A stretch of DNA of 64,000 nt from assembly GCA_964016885.1 (NCBI GenBank), contig OZ024743.1, positions 360,530,001 to 360,594,000 of the forward strand, given 5' to 3'. Below are positions 38,985 to 54,507 of this stretch, one piece after another. Source of the DNA: Eledone cirrhosa (lineage: Eukaryota). The position numbers were made by a program, and so were the translations under genes. Positions within the stretch are counted from its first letter, which is position 1. The number at the start of each line of letters is the position of its first letter. The notes below the pieces were generated by a model that saw nothing but the letters and a program-made list of their open reading frames with translations, was not told where the DNA came from and made no database searches.

Positions 38985-39097
38985 AAAAGTTATGGAACGA
39001 AAGGATCTGTGTGGTTACTAAAAACAAGGTTTAGGATGGTGGTTAGGACGGAACAGAAGGAGAAAGGAAGAAAGGAGTTTCCATCGTCAGAAACGAA

Positions 39098-39132
<35 letters not shown>

Positions 39133-39256
39133 CATGTATATGTGTATGTGTATACACACATAACTGCGCCCACCCATACATATATATATATATATATGGG
39201 TGGGTGTATGTGCGTGTGTGTATGTGTATATATATGTGTGTCTGCATGTGTGTGGA

Positions 39257-39338
<82 letters not shown>

Positions 39339-39365
39339 TATGCATGTGTTTATATGGTTGTGTGT

Positions 39366-39396
<31 letters not shown>

Positions 39397-39612
39397 GTAA
39401 TAATGATAAATTTGAAGAGTAAAATCCAAAGAGGGCTCGATAAGGGTAAATATATATCAAATATATAAGAACCGTAGAGCTAATATTTATGAAAATAATA
39501 GATTAAAGTTTAAGCAAAGAATTGCTGCTTTCACCCTTAACGGGATCTTCCCAAACTAACAAAGTCAATAATAAATAAATAAATAAATATATATATATAT
39601 ATATAAAGAAAG

Positions 39613-39897
39613 AGAGATGAAATCGAAAATGCAACTGGAGTCTTATTTAAAAAAAATATATATATATTTATTTGGTTCCTTTACCTGTTTCGCAGTTCTT
39701 CTGCTTTTCAAAAGGTCAGTTGAGATGGAGGGTCGGTGGTTTTTCTCACATCTGTGAGATGTGAGAAAAACCTCAGACCCTCCATCTCAACTGACCTTTT
39801 GAAAAGCAGAAGAACTGCGAAACCGGTAAAGGAACCAAATATATATATATATATTTTTTTTAAATAAGACTCCAGTTGCATTTTCGATTTCATCTCT
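39613..39897. repeat. Palindrome of two head-to-head Naiad-like pLTR ends, each carrying an HHR
   Basis: Arms ~140 bp centred at 39755 (ctcacatct-gtg-agatgtgag). HHRs at 39678-39715(-) and 39795-39832(+). Confidence 0.85.
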
Positions 39898-40094
39898 TTT
39901 TCTATATACTTTCATTCGTGTAGGACACCTCGGTTATTTTTCATTTTGTAAAAAGAACCTCACTTTCTAATATATGTATGTATATATATATATATATATA
40001 AATATGTATTACTACATCGATGTTGGCCATACGGAATGACCAGTTCTGTCAAGTGGTGAACCAACAAACCTAAATTATTGTGTATATAAATGTA

Positions 40095-40154
<60 letters not shown>

Positions 40155-40155
<1 letters not shown>

Positions 40156-40992
40156 TGTTATACTTGGGGGGTCATATTTGTGTAATATTGCCAGAATTAA
40201 TAACAGAACACACTCACTGTTTGGTTAGTTTTCGCTTTTCGCTTCTGTGTCTTTTATATCGGTAACCTAATTTACTCGGTCCTCAATGTTGCCATTGACT
40301 GACCGACGGTCAAAAATAATACAGATACAATATAGACACAAACACATATATATAGTTTATCATAAATCTTTCGTTGCACATCTGCAACATCGTCAGTGGT
40401 GCTATTGTTTCCTTCAGTTGCATTGTATGTCTACGCCATTTTTATTCAGTCTGTCTATATATTTATTTATTTATTTGCTTGTTTGTTTATTTTATTTTGT
40501 CTTCTTTGCGCATGCGTTTGCGTGTGTGTATAGTGTTTTGTTTGATGTGTGTTCATGATTGGGTGACTAGTGTGTGTTTATGTGCTTGTGTATGTATTTA
40601 TTTATTTATTTATTTATTTTATTTATTTACTTATGTATACTTCTCTTAGGTCAGTGTTGTTTGTTTGGGTTTGTTGTTATTCCATTCATTCTTTCTGTTT
40701 AGACTTGGTCTTCTAAGTTCTATTTCACTGGCCTCTCTGATTTGCCTATCTGCTGGGTCATTTCTATGTTTAGATATTATTCTAATTTCTATGTTGTCTA
40801 TGCTACCGTCATGTTGTTGTCTGGCATGTTCGTATAGTACTGACCCGTTTTTTCGTCCTTTTAGTTCCCCCCAGTGTTGGTCTATCCTTTCACCTATGCT
40901 ACGAGCTGTCTCACCTATGTATGTTGTTGTCATGTTTCTGCGAGTACCCTCTGTACATCTTATGCTATAGACTACGTTTCTAGTTTTACGGT
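40155..40992 (-). mobile_element. 3' fragment of a distinct PLE family (GIY-YIG C-terminus plus 3' region)
   Basis: NVVYSIRC...YIGETARSIGERIDQH...RQIREASEIELRRPSLNRKNEW. HHR-like core CTGACGA-t-GTTGCA-gatg-TGCAAC-GAAA at 40369-40396(-). Further copies at 61495-61820(+) and 62255-63040(-). Confidence 0.8.
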
Positions 40993-43717
40993 TTATATAT
41001 ATATATAAGATCAAAAGATGGTTAAAAGAGTTCCATGTATTTTATTATACGCATTTCAAAAACAAATATCATCATGCAATAACATTTGTGTTTTCATCAG
41101 ATAAAATAGGAAGACATGATATGAAGGTTAAAAAACACTTGTGAATAGTGCAGTTTAAAATCAACATATGAAAAGTAGTTTTAGATTCAAGAGATACCCT
41201 TACAAGGACACAATTTCAAACCTAAATTCCTCAAAATATGTTTTAGTCTACTCTGACAAAACCAATAATTTATATGGTATTTCCAAGGATAACTATAACA
41301 ACTTTATCCTAAGAGAACTTAGGAAAAAATATCGTAAAACCAACCATGATAATTTAGAATCCATAAACTTTCAAGCTTCTGAGATTATGTCAAAACTTGG
41401 CATCGGAAAAAAGACCGAACCATTCCTCCCAAGAACTCCGAGGATAAATCTCAAGGATCCCCAAAACAATTTTCGTAATGAACTACCTGTTAGATTAATC
41501 GCCCCCTCTAAATCAGATCTGGGGTTTGTTAGCAAAGCCATCGTGGATAGAATTATCCCACAGGTTCGTTCTAATTGCTCTTCTTTGAACTTAAATTTAT
41601 GGTTTGGTACTTCTGAAGTGATTGGCTGGTTCAACAAATTGAATAATAAAAACAAACTAAAATTTGTTCAATTTGATATTGCCAGCTACTATTCTTCTAT
41701 TTCGTCTTCACTTCTAAATAATGCTCTATCTTTCGCATTTAAATATTCTGACATCACCACAGATGAACTTCACATCATTCTCACCGCACGTAAAACCATC
41801 CTAGAGTTCAACAATGAATATTGGAACAGAGCTGATACCTCTAACAACTTCGACATTACAATGGGAGCATCCGATTCATCCTAATTGACCGATTTAATTG
41901 GTATCTTTATTTTGAACTCTTTGAGTCGGAAAATTCCTCAACTTCGCGGTGGAATTTATCGTGACAATGGACACTTTACTATCTTAAATTGCAACATAGT
42001 TAACCTTAATATTATTAAGAACAATATACGTAATCTCTTTAACCAACATCACTTAAAAATTGAATTTGATAACAGCATCAAACTAGCTAATTTCTTGGAT
42101 GTACCTCTTAATCTTAACACTGGCCTATATTACCCTTACCATAAAAACAATGAGAACCTAAATTATGTTAATTTTAAATCTAACCACCCCACTAATATTA
42201 AGAATGCTATAGTTAGTAATATTGGAAAAAGAATATCTAACCTATCTTCTAATAAATACATCTTTGATGCCAACGCCAATTACTATAATAACGCGCTTTC
42301 TAAAGCCGGCTATCCTGATAAAATCAAATATAGTAAAGAAACAAATTCTAGAAGATCTTACAGTAGAATAATTAATCATGATCATTCCAATAACTTTAAT
42401 AAAAGACCTAGATACAAAAACATAATCTGGTATAATGCTCCTTTCTCCATCTCTATTAATAATAATATTCCTAAATTATTCTTTAGTGCCTTAAATAAAT
42501 GCTTCCCTCCCTCACATATCTATAGTAAAATATTTAACAAACACACTATACACTTTTCCTATTCGACCTCCTCCAACATTTCCAACATTATCTCTAAACA
42601 CAACAATAAAATACTAAATACTAAATTTCTTCCTTCCAACACTGAATATCATAATAATAGTAATAGTACTCCCGACGTCATTTTGTAAACTCTAGGCTAA
42701 TTTCTGCAAACCCAAATACAACGTCAAACACAACTTCGCTAAATCAAGAAACTATTATTCCTATCGTAAATAACTTCTCCAATCCAATTCCTTCTATAGA
42801 TAACACTAGGTCACTCGTTAATAACTCTGCTAATCTCTCTAATCGCAATTGCAATTGCCCTGTTAAAAATAAATGTCCTCTCAACAACCATTGTCTTGAA
42901 AAAAACTTAATCTACGAATGTAAAGTTATAACTGACACCAATTCCTTCACCTATTTTGGCTCCACTTCCACCTCCTTTAAAGCTCGTCTTTATAATCATC
43001 ATTCGTCTTTTAAATACCAACTTAAAAGAACCAACACGGCACTCTCAGAACTCATATGGTCCTTGAAAGACAAAACTATTAAATATAACATCTCTTGGAA
43101 AAAGGTTTCTTCTGCTTCTCCATACTTGAACAGTTCTCTATCCAAGACTTGCAATCTCTGTTTAAATGAAAAATTTACCATTATATCTAATTTAGATTCT
43201 ATAATAAATAGACGTACTGACTTGTTTTCTCTCTGCTTGCATAAATTCCACAGAACATTCCATAAAGTATACAGCTAATATCTAATACTTTATCAATTTA
43301 AAATCCTTTTCTCAAAGGCACATATTTCTATATACCTCTTCAAAAATATACCCATCTTTCTACCTTATTTCAAAGTTATTTATTATACATTATATAATAC
43401 TAGTTACTCATTCCATATCACTCCTATTTATCACTTCCCTTTCTTCCTTTTCCTTTTCTTTTCCTTTTTCTTTTAATTTCTAACCCCTAATCTGTACCTT
43501 TTTCTCATTGTGCCTAACATAGAAACAATTATTACACAGTACAATATATTCTTACTTCATATCACCTTGAAAAAAATCCTTCGTAAACATAAACATTTTT
43601 TTGACGTTAGATTATTCATCTTCAATTCATTATTTATTCTCCCTTTCATCTAACTTATTCATCCTATCTCCTACTTTCACAATATATCCTTACTTACATT
43701 ACTATTGCTTTTTTTAA

Positions 43718-43890
43718 TAATACATATCAACATTTTGTTTCCATCGCACATATTATTAAACCCTTAAATATTATTCTTAATACATATTAACATTTTGTTT
43801 CCATCGCACATATTATTAAACCCTTAAATATTATTCTTAATACATATTAACAATTTCTTTTCATCGCACATATTATTAAACCCTTCAATA
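43718..43890 (+). repeat. ~60-bp tandem repeat (about 2.8 units) in the PLE 3' UTR
   Basis: Unit taatacatattaacattttgtttccatcgcacatattattaaacccttaaatattattct. Confidence 0.85.
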
Positions 43891-44243
43891 TACAAACCTT
43901 AACTTAACATTATTTTTCTCTTCGTTAATTTTCAAATTCTTTTAATTTATATATTATCTTCCAACGGTTTTTCAACCTCTCTATATAAAACAATATATTT
44001 TTCTCAGTTATAAAAGCTATCTCTCTCTCTCTCTCTATCACCCATTTCTCCTCCTATCTCATCCTTCCTCACTATACTCCTCCCCCTCCACTTTTTAATC
44101 TCAGCTCCTCCTCTTTTTCATCCCCTCTCCCTCAAAAAATCTTTTTTCCCAATATCACACATCAATCTAAAACTACTTTTCATATGTTGATTTTAAACTG
44201 CACTATTCACAAGTGTTTTTTAACCTTCATGTCAAGTCTTCCT

Positions 44244-44312
44244 ATTTTATCTGATGAAAACACAAATGTTATTACATGATGATATTTGTTTTTGAAATGC
44301 GCATAATAAAAT
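44244..44312 (+). ncRNA. Type I hammerhead ribozyme motif, canonical core
   Basis: ATTTTAT-CTGATGA-AAACAcaaat...atttGTTTtt-GAAA-TGCGCA-TA-ATAAAAT. 7-bp stem I, palindromic stem III, AUA site. Mirror copy at 41039-41107(-). Confidence 0.75.
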
Positions 44313-44448
44313 GCATCGAACTCTTTTAACCAACTGTTGATCTTATATATTATGTATACTCCAGTCCTACAAACTGTAGAGTGCTTCTTATCCGATATCT
44401 GCATTGCTTTATTGTACTACAATAAAACTCACCTCCTACACACATATA

Positions 44449-44532
<84 letters not shown>

Positions 44533-45340
44533 TAAAAAATAATGAATAAAACAATGAAACAGTTCTTTATATTAAACAAAAAAAGTTCATTATTTAACGA
44601 TCGTTTCTAGGATATATATGTGTTAGAATTGGCATGCATATTCAACAGATCTATGTACAAAATTATACAAAATTATACAAACTATCAAAATTAAATATAC
44701 ATACCAAACACATATATATGCCGTCTTCAGAAATAATGAAATATATTTATTGATAATAACAACAATTCAAAATTACAGGTCTGTTTGGGAACAGAGTTCA
44801 AATTGACCAATGAAAATACAAAAAGTTTATACAGTTAGGTGTGTGTATATATATGTAAGTAACTTCGTTCACAGATATGCATAAAGATATATGTCCACAT
44901 GCATACGCATGCCAAAAAGATGTATGTAAATACAAAAATTCAAGGCTAATGTCTCTGTATGTTTATAATCTACAGATAAAATACGTATACACATATAAAT
45001 ATAAAATAAATATATACACACATTCATATACTCACACATATACGTACATTCACACACACACGCGCGTATACGCATAAACATACACACAACCACGAACATA
45101 CATACACACATACACCCCCACACACATATATATATGTGTGTATATACCATTATAAGCATATGGACATTAATGCGCGCACATAAACACTGCCACACATATT
45201 TAGATCCAGATACAGAAAGTAGGTGGGGGGGGGAGAAGAGGTCAGTATTCACCGATGTCAACAGACTGCCTATTTATAAATGTATCTATAAACTTAGAAA
45301 TAAAAAGAAAAGAAAAAGAAAAAAGAAATATATCAAGAAA

Positions 45341-45403
<63 letters not shown>

Positions 45404-45450
45404 CACATAAACAAGTAAAATATAAAATATACATCGATATACATACATAT

Positions 45451-45489
<39 letters not shown>

Positions 45490-45712
45490 CATGCATATAC
45501 ATACATATACATAGACATATACACAAACACATACATACACATACATATACATACACACACCATATAAATACACATACACATACACACACGCATACATATA
45601 GAGACACATATATATACACATATAAATACATAGACATATACACATATACACACATATATATATATATATACACATACACGCATACATATATATATATACA
45701 TTCACAACACAC

Positions 45713-45772
<60 letters not shown>

Positions 45773-45869
45773 CTTCACACATATATAAACACACTCATGT
45801 ATATACACACATACACACACATACACATACACATATATAAAGATATATATACACACACACCCACATATA

Positions 45870-45949
<80 letters not shown>

Positions 45950-46241
45950 CCACACACATACATATATATACACACATACATACACACACATACATACTCA
46001 TACATAGACATACATATATACACACACACACATACACACATACATATACGCATATATACACATACATACACATCCATGTATGCGTATATACATACAAACA
46101 AACACCACCACACGCTCACACAACTCAGACATACATAGATAAAGGGATATACATACACATATATACATATATAAATAGAGATACATATACATATATAAAT
46201 ATATACACACGTACACACACAAACACACATACATACATACA

Positions 46242-46273
<32 letters not shown>

Positions 46274-46294
46274 CACACACATACGCACATATAC

Positions 46295-46401
<107 letters not shown>

Positions 46402-46541
46402 CACACATATATATATATATATATATATACATATATATAACAAAATAAAGAAATAAGATAAATAAATAAATAAATAAATTAATACACACAGTCAGACAAA
46501 TATGCACACACATACATATACATATATATATACACATACAC

Positions 46542-46576
<35 letters not shown>

Positions 46577-46616
46577 CATACGTACATATATATATATACA
46601 CATACACACATCAACT

Positions 46617-46680
<64 letters not shown>

Positions 46681-47559
46681 TATATATACACACACTCACA
46701 TATACATGCGCACATACGTACACATATACACATACACACATATACACAATGACATATACATGTGCATACATATACATACACACATATACCCACATAAATA
46801 CATAGATACATATATATATACACACATATATATACACATATATATATACACACATATATACATATATATATACATATATATATATACACACACAATCATA
46901 CACCCTTTTTTGCATGCGCACATATGTATTTTTATACTCACATACAAACACCCAAACATACATACCTACCTACATATACATACATACATCCACGCTTACA
47001 AATACAAATAATAATAGTAGGGGGAGGGGGGGATTATAGTAAATATAGGTTTCAAGAAACATAGAATATTAATCTGCATTTAGATCATAATATGTGTTTA
47101 CATAGTTTCAGTATTAGGAAATGTAAGAAAGAAGGCAAAATTATGCATTTCAATATAAGTATACCATTAATTATAGGTTAACTAAACTAAAGATAGTTAA
47201 TATATTGATTTCTAAGGTGTATACTACTTAGGTTTATAATATTTGAAGCGGAATTTTGAAGTTAAATAGTAGTAGAGTATTAATTATAGTATAACTAAAT
47301 TAAAATTATTAACGTTATGGTATCAATATTAGGAAATGAATTTAGTAATAGGGAAAAACAAATAAAGTATTACATCGGTAGTAGAATATAAATTATAGGT
47401 TAACTAAATTAAAAATTATATATTAATTTCTATAGTATATGTTAATTAGGTTTATAATAATTAAAATAGATATTGTATTTTATCTATAGTAGAATATAAT
47501 TATAGGTAAACAGAAATTAAAATTAAAATTAAAATTAATACATACACATATACATATAC

Positions 47560-47616
<57 letters not shown>

Positions 47617-50600
47617 CATATTTTTTCAAAAATTGCAAAGAATATATTAACTAGGTATACATCCAAAACCTATCTCAGTCTATGATTACATGACACTCTG
47701 CAATCCATCTGTATTAGGATATTAATTTTAAGCCAATTAAATTAAATTTTTAGGTTGACCAAATTTAAAACCAAATTATAAATATATTTCTAAAAATGTA
47801 CATTAATTAGGTCTATAATACTAAAAATTATTTCTCTGTCATTGAATACACGATATTTTGCTATATTTTATCTGTAAAGGAATTTAAATAAAAGGTTAAA
47901 TAAATTAAAATTAATCTATAAATTAATTTACGAAGTATATATTAGTAATATTTAAAAGTTTTTCACAATTTATGATTACGCAATATTTTATAATCTCATC
48001 TGTAGTAGAATTTTAATTAAATTAAATTTATAGGTTAACTAACATTTAAATTAAATTATATATTAATTTCTAAAATAATGTTATTAATTAGGTTTATAAT
48101 ATTTAAATGTTTTTCTTAGTTTATGATTACACGATATAATTAATTCCTGTCGTTTATTTAATAGGATATCCTTAGATTTCATTATTTCAAATAGTTCTTG
48201 GGAACATAATCTACATTCATTTCTATTATTTTGATAAGGGGTGGCTCTTTTGAGCACACTCCAGGTCAAATCATATTCTATATTCTTATTTTTATAACTA
48301 TTGATTTTTTCTGCTAGAGATGTTGTATTAGCCAGTGCGGCATTTTTAAAACTATGTTTGTGGGTATTAAACCTTGCCTTAAAATTGCTAGAAGTAGCTC
48401 CTATATATGAGCAAATAGAATCTTTAGTTTTAACATTACATTTATAAACTATGTTGTTAACAAGACAATTTCCTTTTAATGGGCAGTTAGCTTTGTTTCT
48501 ACAGTTACAACCTTTCGTTAATTCTGTATTTGAGGAGATATTATGGTTAGTTTGATGTATTGGTGGTATACTTATGGTATTCTTACATTTATATGCATTA
48601 TAGGCACTTATATTTTGTTTTATGTTATTTGTTGTTGAGTATGAGAATTTAACTGTAGACCTATTTAAGATTTGATGGTATTTATGGTTTGGCGGGAAGT
48701 TTTTCTCTAGGATATAAAATTTTTTTTAGCAATATTATCCTTAATTTGTAAATTAAATGGAGCATTATACCAAGTAACCCGTCTATTACGGTTTCTATGT
48801 TGTTTATTATTTTTATAGGTTGTATCGTGATGTTTACTAGGAGGATTAATGTTAATGATCTCACACGCACATTTTTAGTTAGATTTGTAGATTTAGGTGT
48901 TTTATCTTGTTTATTAGGAGTTTTATTATTAACATTTATTAGAGTTGTATGATGAGTAGTTTTTTGAGAGCTACTATACTTTATATTAGAAGAGTTGGTA
49001 TTTTGGGGTATAGTGTGGGTGGCATTTAGGTGTGTACTTTTCATTTGGTGTTTGTTGGTAATATTAGGTTGTATGTTTATAGTATTTTTAGTAGAAGGTA
49101 TATATTCTAATCTATTTTTGTGGCCACTTCTATCTAGAGCTTCGTTATAGAAGGTCGCATTTTTATCAAATACATCTTGGTTAGAAGAAAGGTTAGAAAT
49201 TCTAAGTGATATATTATATGCAATGTTTTTAAGGATAGATTTAGGGTGATTAGATTGTGAGTGTATGTAGTGTAAGTTTTGGTTGGGTTTATGGTAAGGT
49301 TGGTAGATACCCGTAGCTAAGTCTAAAGTTATATCTAGGAAATTTACTACTTTACTTGTTTTTTCAAAAGTAATATGAAGACTATAATAGTCTTTAAGGA
49401 AAGTTCTTATTTTACCACTCTGGGAAAACACTTCCCAGGTAATTAACTGGTTTAAAAATATTAGATGTAAATCTTCTGCTTCATTTCTACAATTTGATAT
49501 AGATAATTACTATTCTTCTATATCACCTATACTCCTGAACAAAGCATTGATATTTGCTAAAAATAGATCTAACTTAACTTTGGATGACATTAATATTATT
49601 ACACATGCTAGACTAACACTTATTGAATTTCAGAATGAATACTGGACCAGAACCACATATAGTAATCTATTTGTTATTACTATGGGTTCAAGCGATTCCG
49701 CCCAAATTACTGATCTTGTGGGCCTCTTTCTCCTTTTCAACATAAATGCCTCCTTTCCCCACCTTAAAGGTGGTTTATATCGTGATGACTGTCTTCTTCT
49801 TTCCAACAACCTTAGCCTTTCAGAAATAGAATAAAACAATAAGCATATTAGAACTTTCCTTAAAGACTATTATAGTCTTCATATTACTTTTGAAAAAACA
49901 AGTAAAGTAGTAAATTTCCTAGATATAACTTTAGACTTAGCTACGGGTATCTACCAACCTTACCATAAACCCAACCAAAACTTACACTACATACACTCAC
50001 AATCTAATCACCCTAAATCTATCCTTAAAAACCTTGCATATAATATATCACTTAGAATTTCTAACCTTTCTTCTAACCAAGATGTATTTGATAAAAATGC
50101 GACCTTCTATAACGAAGCTCTAGATAGAAGTGGCCACAAAAATAGATTAGAATATATACCTTCTACTAAAAATACTATAAACATACAACCTAATATTACC
50201 AACAAACACCAAATGAAAAGTACACACCTAAATGCCACCCACACTATACCCCAAAATACCAACTCTTCTAATATAAAGTATAGTAACTCTAAAAAAACTA
50301 CTCATCATACAACTCTAAAAAATGTTAATAATAAAACTCCTAATAAACAAGATAAAACACCTAAATCTACAAATCTAACTAAAAATGTGCGTGGTGAGAT
50401 CATTAACATTAATCCTCCTAGTAAACATCACGATACAACCTATAAAAATAATAAACAACATAGAAACCGTAATAGACGGGTTACTTGGTATAATGCTCCA
50501 TTTAATTTACAAATTAAGGATAATATTGCTAAAAAATTTTTTTATATCCTAGAGAAAAACTTCCCGCCAAACCATAAATACCATCAAATCTTAAATAGGT

Positions 50601-51642
50601 CTACAGTTAAATTCTCATACTCAACAACAAATAACATAAAACAAAATATAAGTGCCTATAATGCATATAAATGTAAGAATACCATAAGTATACCACCAAT
50701 ACATCAAACTAACCATAATATCTCCTCAAATACAGAATTAACGAAAGGTTGTAACTGTAGAAACAAAGCAAACTGCCCATTAAAAGGAAATTGTCTTGTT
50801 AACAACATAGTTTATAAATGTAATGTTAAAACTAAAGATTCTATTTGCTCATATATAGGAGCTACTTCTAACAATTTTAAGGCAAGGTTTAATACCCACA
50901 AACATAGTTTTAAAAATGCCGCACTGGCTAATACAACATCTCTAGCAGAAAAAATCAATAGTTATAAAAATAAGAATATAGAATATGATTTGACCTGGTG
51001 TGTGCTCAAAAGAGCCACCCCTTATCAAAATAATAGAAATGAATGTAGATTATGTTCCCAAGAACTATTTGAAATAATGAAATCTAAGGATATCCTATTA
51101 AATAAACGACAGGAATTAATTATATCGTGTAATCATAAACTAAGAAAAACATTTAAATATTATAAACCTAATTAATAACATTATTTTAGAAATTAATATA
51201 TAATTTAATATAAATGTTAGTTAACCTATAAATTTAATTTAATTAAAATTCTACTACAGATGAGATTATAAAATATTGCGTAATCATAAATTGTGAAAAA
51301 CTTTTAAATATTACTAATATATACTTCGTAAATTAATTTATAGATTGATTTTAATTTATTTAACCTTTTATTTAAATTCCTTTACAGATAAAATATAGCA
51401 AAATATCGTGTATTCAATGACAGAGAAATAATTTTTAGTATTATAGACCTAATTAATGTACATTTTTAGAAATATATTTATAATTTGGTTTTAAATTTGG
51501 TCAACCTAAAAATTTAATTTAATTGGCTTAAAATTAATATCCTAATACAGATGGATTGCAGAGTGTCATGTAATCATAGACTGAGATAGGTTTTGGATGT
51601 ATACCTAGTTAATATATTCTTTGCAATTTTTGAAAAAATATG

Positions 51643-51697
<55 letters not shown>

Positions 51698-52565
51698 GTA
51701 TATGTATATGTGTATGTATTAATTTTAATTTTAATTTTAATTTCTGTTTACCTATAATTATATTCTACTATAGATAAAATACAATATCTATTTTAATTAT
51801 TATAAACCTAATTAACATATACTATAGAAATTAATATATAATTTTTAATTTAGTTAACCTATAATTTATATTCTACTACCGATGTAATACTTTATTTGTT
51901 TTTCCCTATTACTAAATTCATTTCCTAATATTGATACCATAACGTTAATAATTTTAATTTAGTTATACTATAATTAATACTCTACTACTATTTAACTTCA
52001 AAATTCCGCTTCAAATATTATAAACCTAAGTAGTATACACCTTAGAAATCAATATATTAACTATCTTTAGTTTAGTTAACCTATAATTAATGGTATACTT
52101 ATATTGAAATGCATAATTTTGCCTTCTTTCTTACATTTCCTAATACTGAAACTATGTAAACACATATTATGATCTAATTGCAGATTAATATTCTATGTTT
52201 CTTGAAACCTATATTTACTATAATCCCCCCCCTTCCCCCCCTACTATTATTATTTGTATTTGTAAGCGTGGATGTATGTATGTATATGTAGGTAGGTATG
52301 TATGTTTGGGTGTTTGTATGTGAGTATAAAAATACATATGTGCGCATGTAAATAAGGGTGTATAATTGTGTGTGTATATATATATATGTATATATATATG
52401 TATATATGTGTGTATATATATATGTGTATATATATGTGTGTATATATATATGTATCTATGTATTTATGTGGGTATATGTGTGTATGTATATGTATGCACA
52501 TGTATATGTCTATGTGTATATGTGTGTATGTGTATATGTGTACGTATGTGCGCATGTATATGTGA

Positions 52566-52610
<45 letters not shown>

Positions 52611-52665
52611 TATATATTTGTAGTTGATGTGTGTATGTGTATATATATATATGTATGTATGTGTG

Positions 52666-52698
<33 letters not shown>

Positions 52699-52832
52699 GT
52701 GTATGTGTATATATATATGTATATGTATGTGTGTGCATATTTGTCTGACTGTGTGTATTAATTTATTTATTTATTTATTTATCTTATTTCTTTATTTTTT
52801 TATATATATGTATATATATATATATATACGTG

Positions 52833-52909
<77 letters not shown>

Positions 52910-53275
52910 GTGCGTATGTGTGTGTATATGTATGTATGTATGTATGTATGTATATGTATGTGTGTTTGTGTGTGTACGTGTGTATATATTTATATATGTA
53001 TATGTATCTCTATTTATATATGTATATATGTGTATGTATATCCCTTTATCTATGTATGTCTGAGTTGTGTGAGCGTGTGGTGGTGTTTGTTTGTATGTAT
53101 ATACGCATACATGGATGTGTATGTATGTGTATATATGCGTATATGTATGTGTGTGTGTGTGTGTGTGTATATATGTATGTCTATGTATGAGTATGTATGT
53201 GTGTGTATGTATGTGTGTATATATATGTATGTGTGTGGATGTATATATATATATATATATATTTATTATATGTGG

Positions 53276-53359
<84 letters not shown>

Positions 53360-53424
53360 TTATATGTGGGTATGTATGTGTATGTGTGTATATACATGAG
53401 TGTGTTTATATATGTGTGTAGATA

Positions 53425-53488
<64 letters not shown>

Positions 53489-53495
<7 letters not shown>

Positions 53496-54183
53496 GTGAG
53501 GTTTTTTTTACAAAATGAAAAATAACCGAGGTGTCCTACACGAGTGGAAGTATAAAGAAAAAGGGATGAAATCGAAAATGCAACTGAAGTCTTATTTTTT
53601 AAAAAATATATATATTTATTTGGTTCCTTTACCGGTTTCGCAGTTCTTCTGCTTTTCAAAAGGTGAGTTGAGATGGAGGGTCTGTGGTTTTTCTCACATC
53701 TGGTTGGTCTCTAAATGTTACTTGTTTTATATGGAAAAACTGGCTGGAAAACCAGGTTTTTCGAGAAGTAATTTGATTGGTTTGTCAATAATTATAATAA
53801 ATTTCGCGCCAGTTCGCGTTACAATAGTTCTTCAAATAAGAGAGGGGGGGGGGGGGGGGGGTTTGTCACAGGTTGTTTTTTCATATATGAGTGTTTGAAT
53901 TTCTTTTTACTTGTAAAAATGAGGCTCACGAAGGCTTTTTTTTGGTTGGTTATAAATGAAATTTTGCTGTCACGTGAACAAGTTTTCATTACATTTTTGC
54001 GCCCTTATTTGGAAAACTATTCTGTAGTCTATAGTGAATGTTATGACAATGGAGAGATAGTGGTCAAGGGAAAAGGGATTGGGAGAAATGTTCTGGTTCA
54101 GTGAATATGGCCAGCTGTCAGAGTTCAGGTGTCAGAGTTCAGATTTTCTATTAAGACTGAAGATATGTGTTTATTTGTGTGCT

Positions 54184-54216
<33 letters not shown>

Positions 54217-54476
54217 ATGTGTGTATTGGAAGATGATTCTATTAGTAGAGATGGGGGAGGGAGTTGTGTGTGTGTGTATATGGGTGTTATGTGTGTGTGT
54301 GCGAGTATGTTAGATAGAGAGAATATATATTTTTTGTGTGTGTGTATATATATATGTGTGTAGGAAAGTGGTTCTATTAGTAGAAATGGGGAGGGTGTTG
54401 TAGGTGTGGGGGTTTTTATGTGTGTGTATGGGTGTTATGTGTGTGGGAGTATGGTTAGCATGTTAAGATGAAGAGA

Positions 54477-54507
<31 letters not shown>

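Larger units (their letters stand above)
41005..44350 (+). mobile_element. Hydra-clade-like PLE (fourth family) with ~180-bp inverted pLTR ends
   Basis: ORF pieces 41168-43278: SDKTNNLY, PVRLIAPSKSDLG, QFDIASYYSSI, FDITMGASDSS*, GGIYRDNG (DD->DN), WYNAPF, CNCPVKNKCPL, CNLCLNEK. 41005-41187 is inverted at 44164-44347. Both ends abut (TA)n. Confidence 0.9.

Noticed and set aside
38985-39095. ctgacgatgg motif (also ~60880-60995, partly inverted at ~61450-61477) as a hammerhead or telomeric repeat
   Set aside because: There is no correctly placed stem II/GAAA/stem III, and ttaggatggtggttagg is not a tandem telomere array. It is only an unassigned dispersed repeat.
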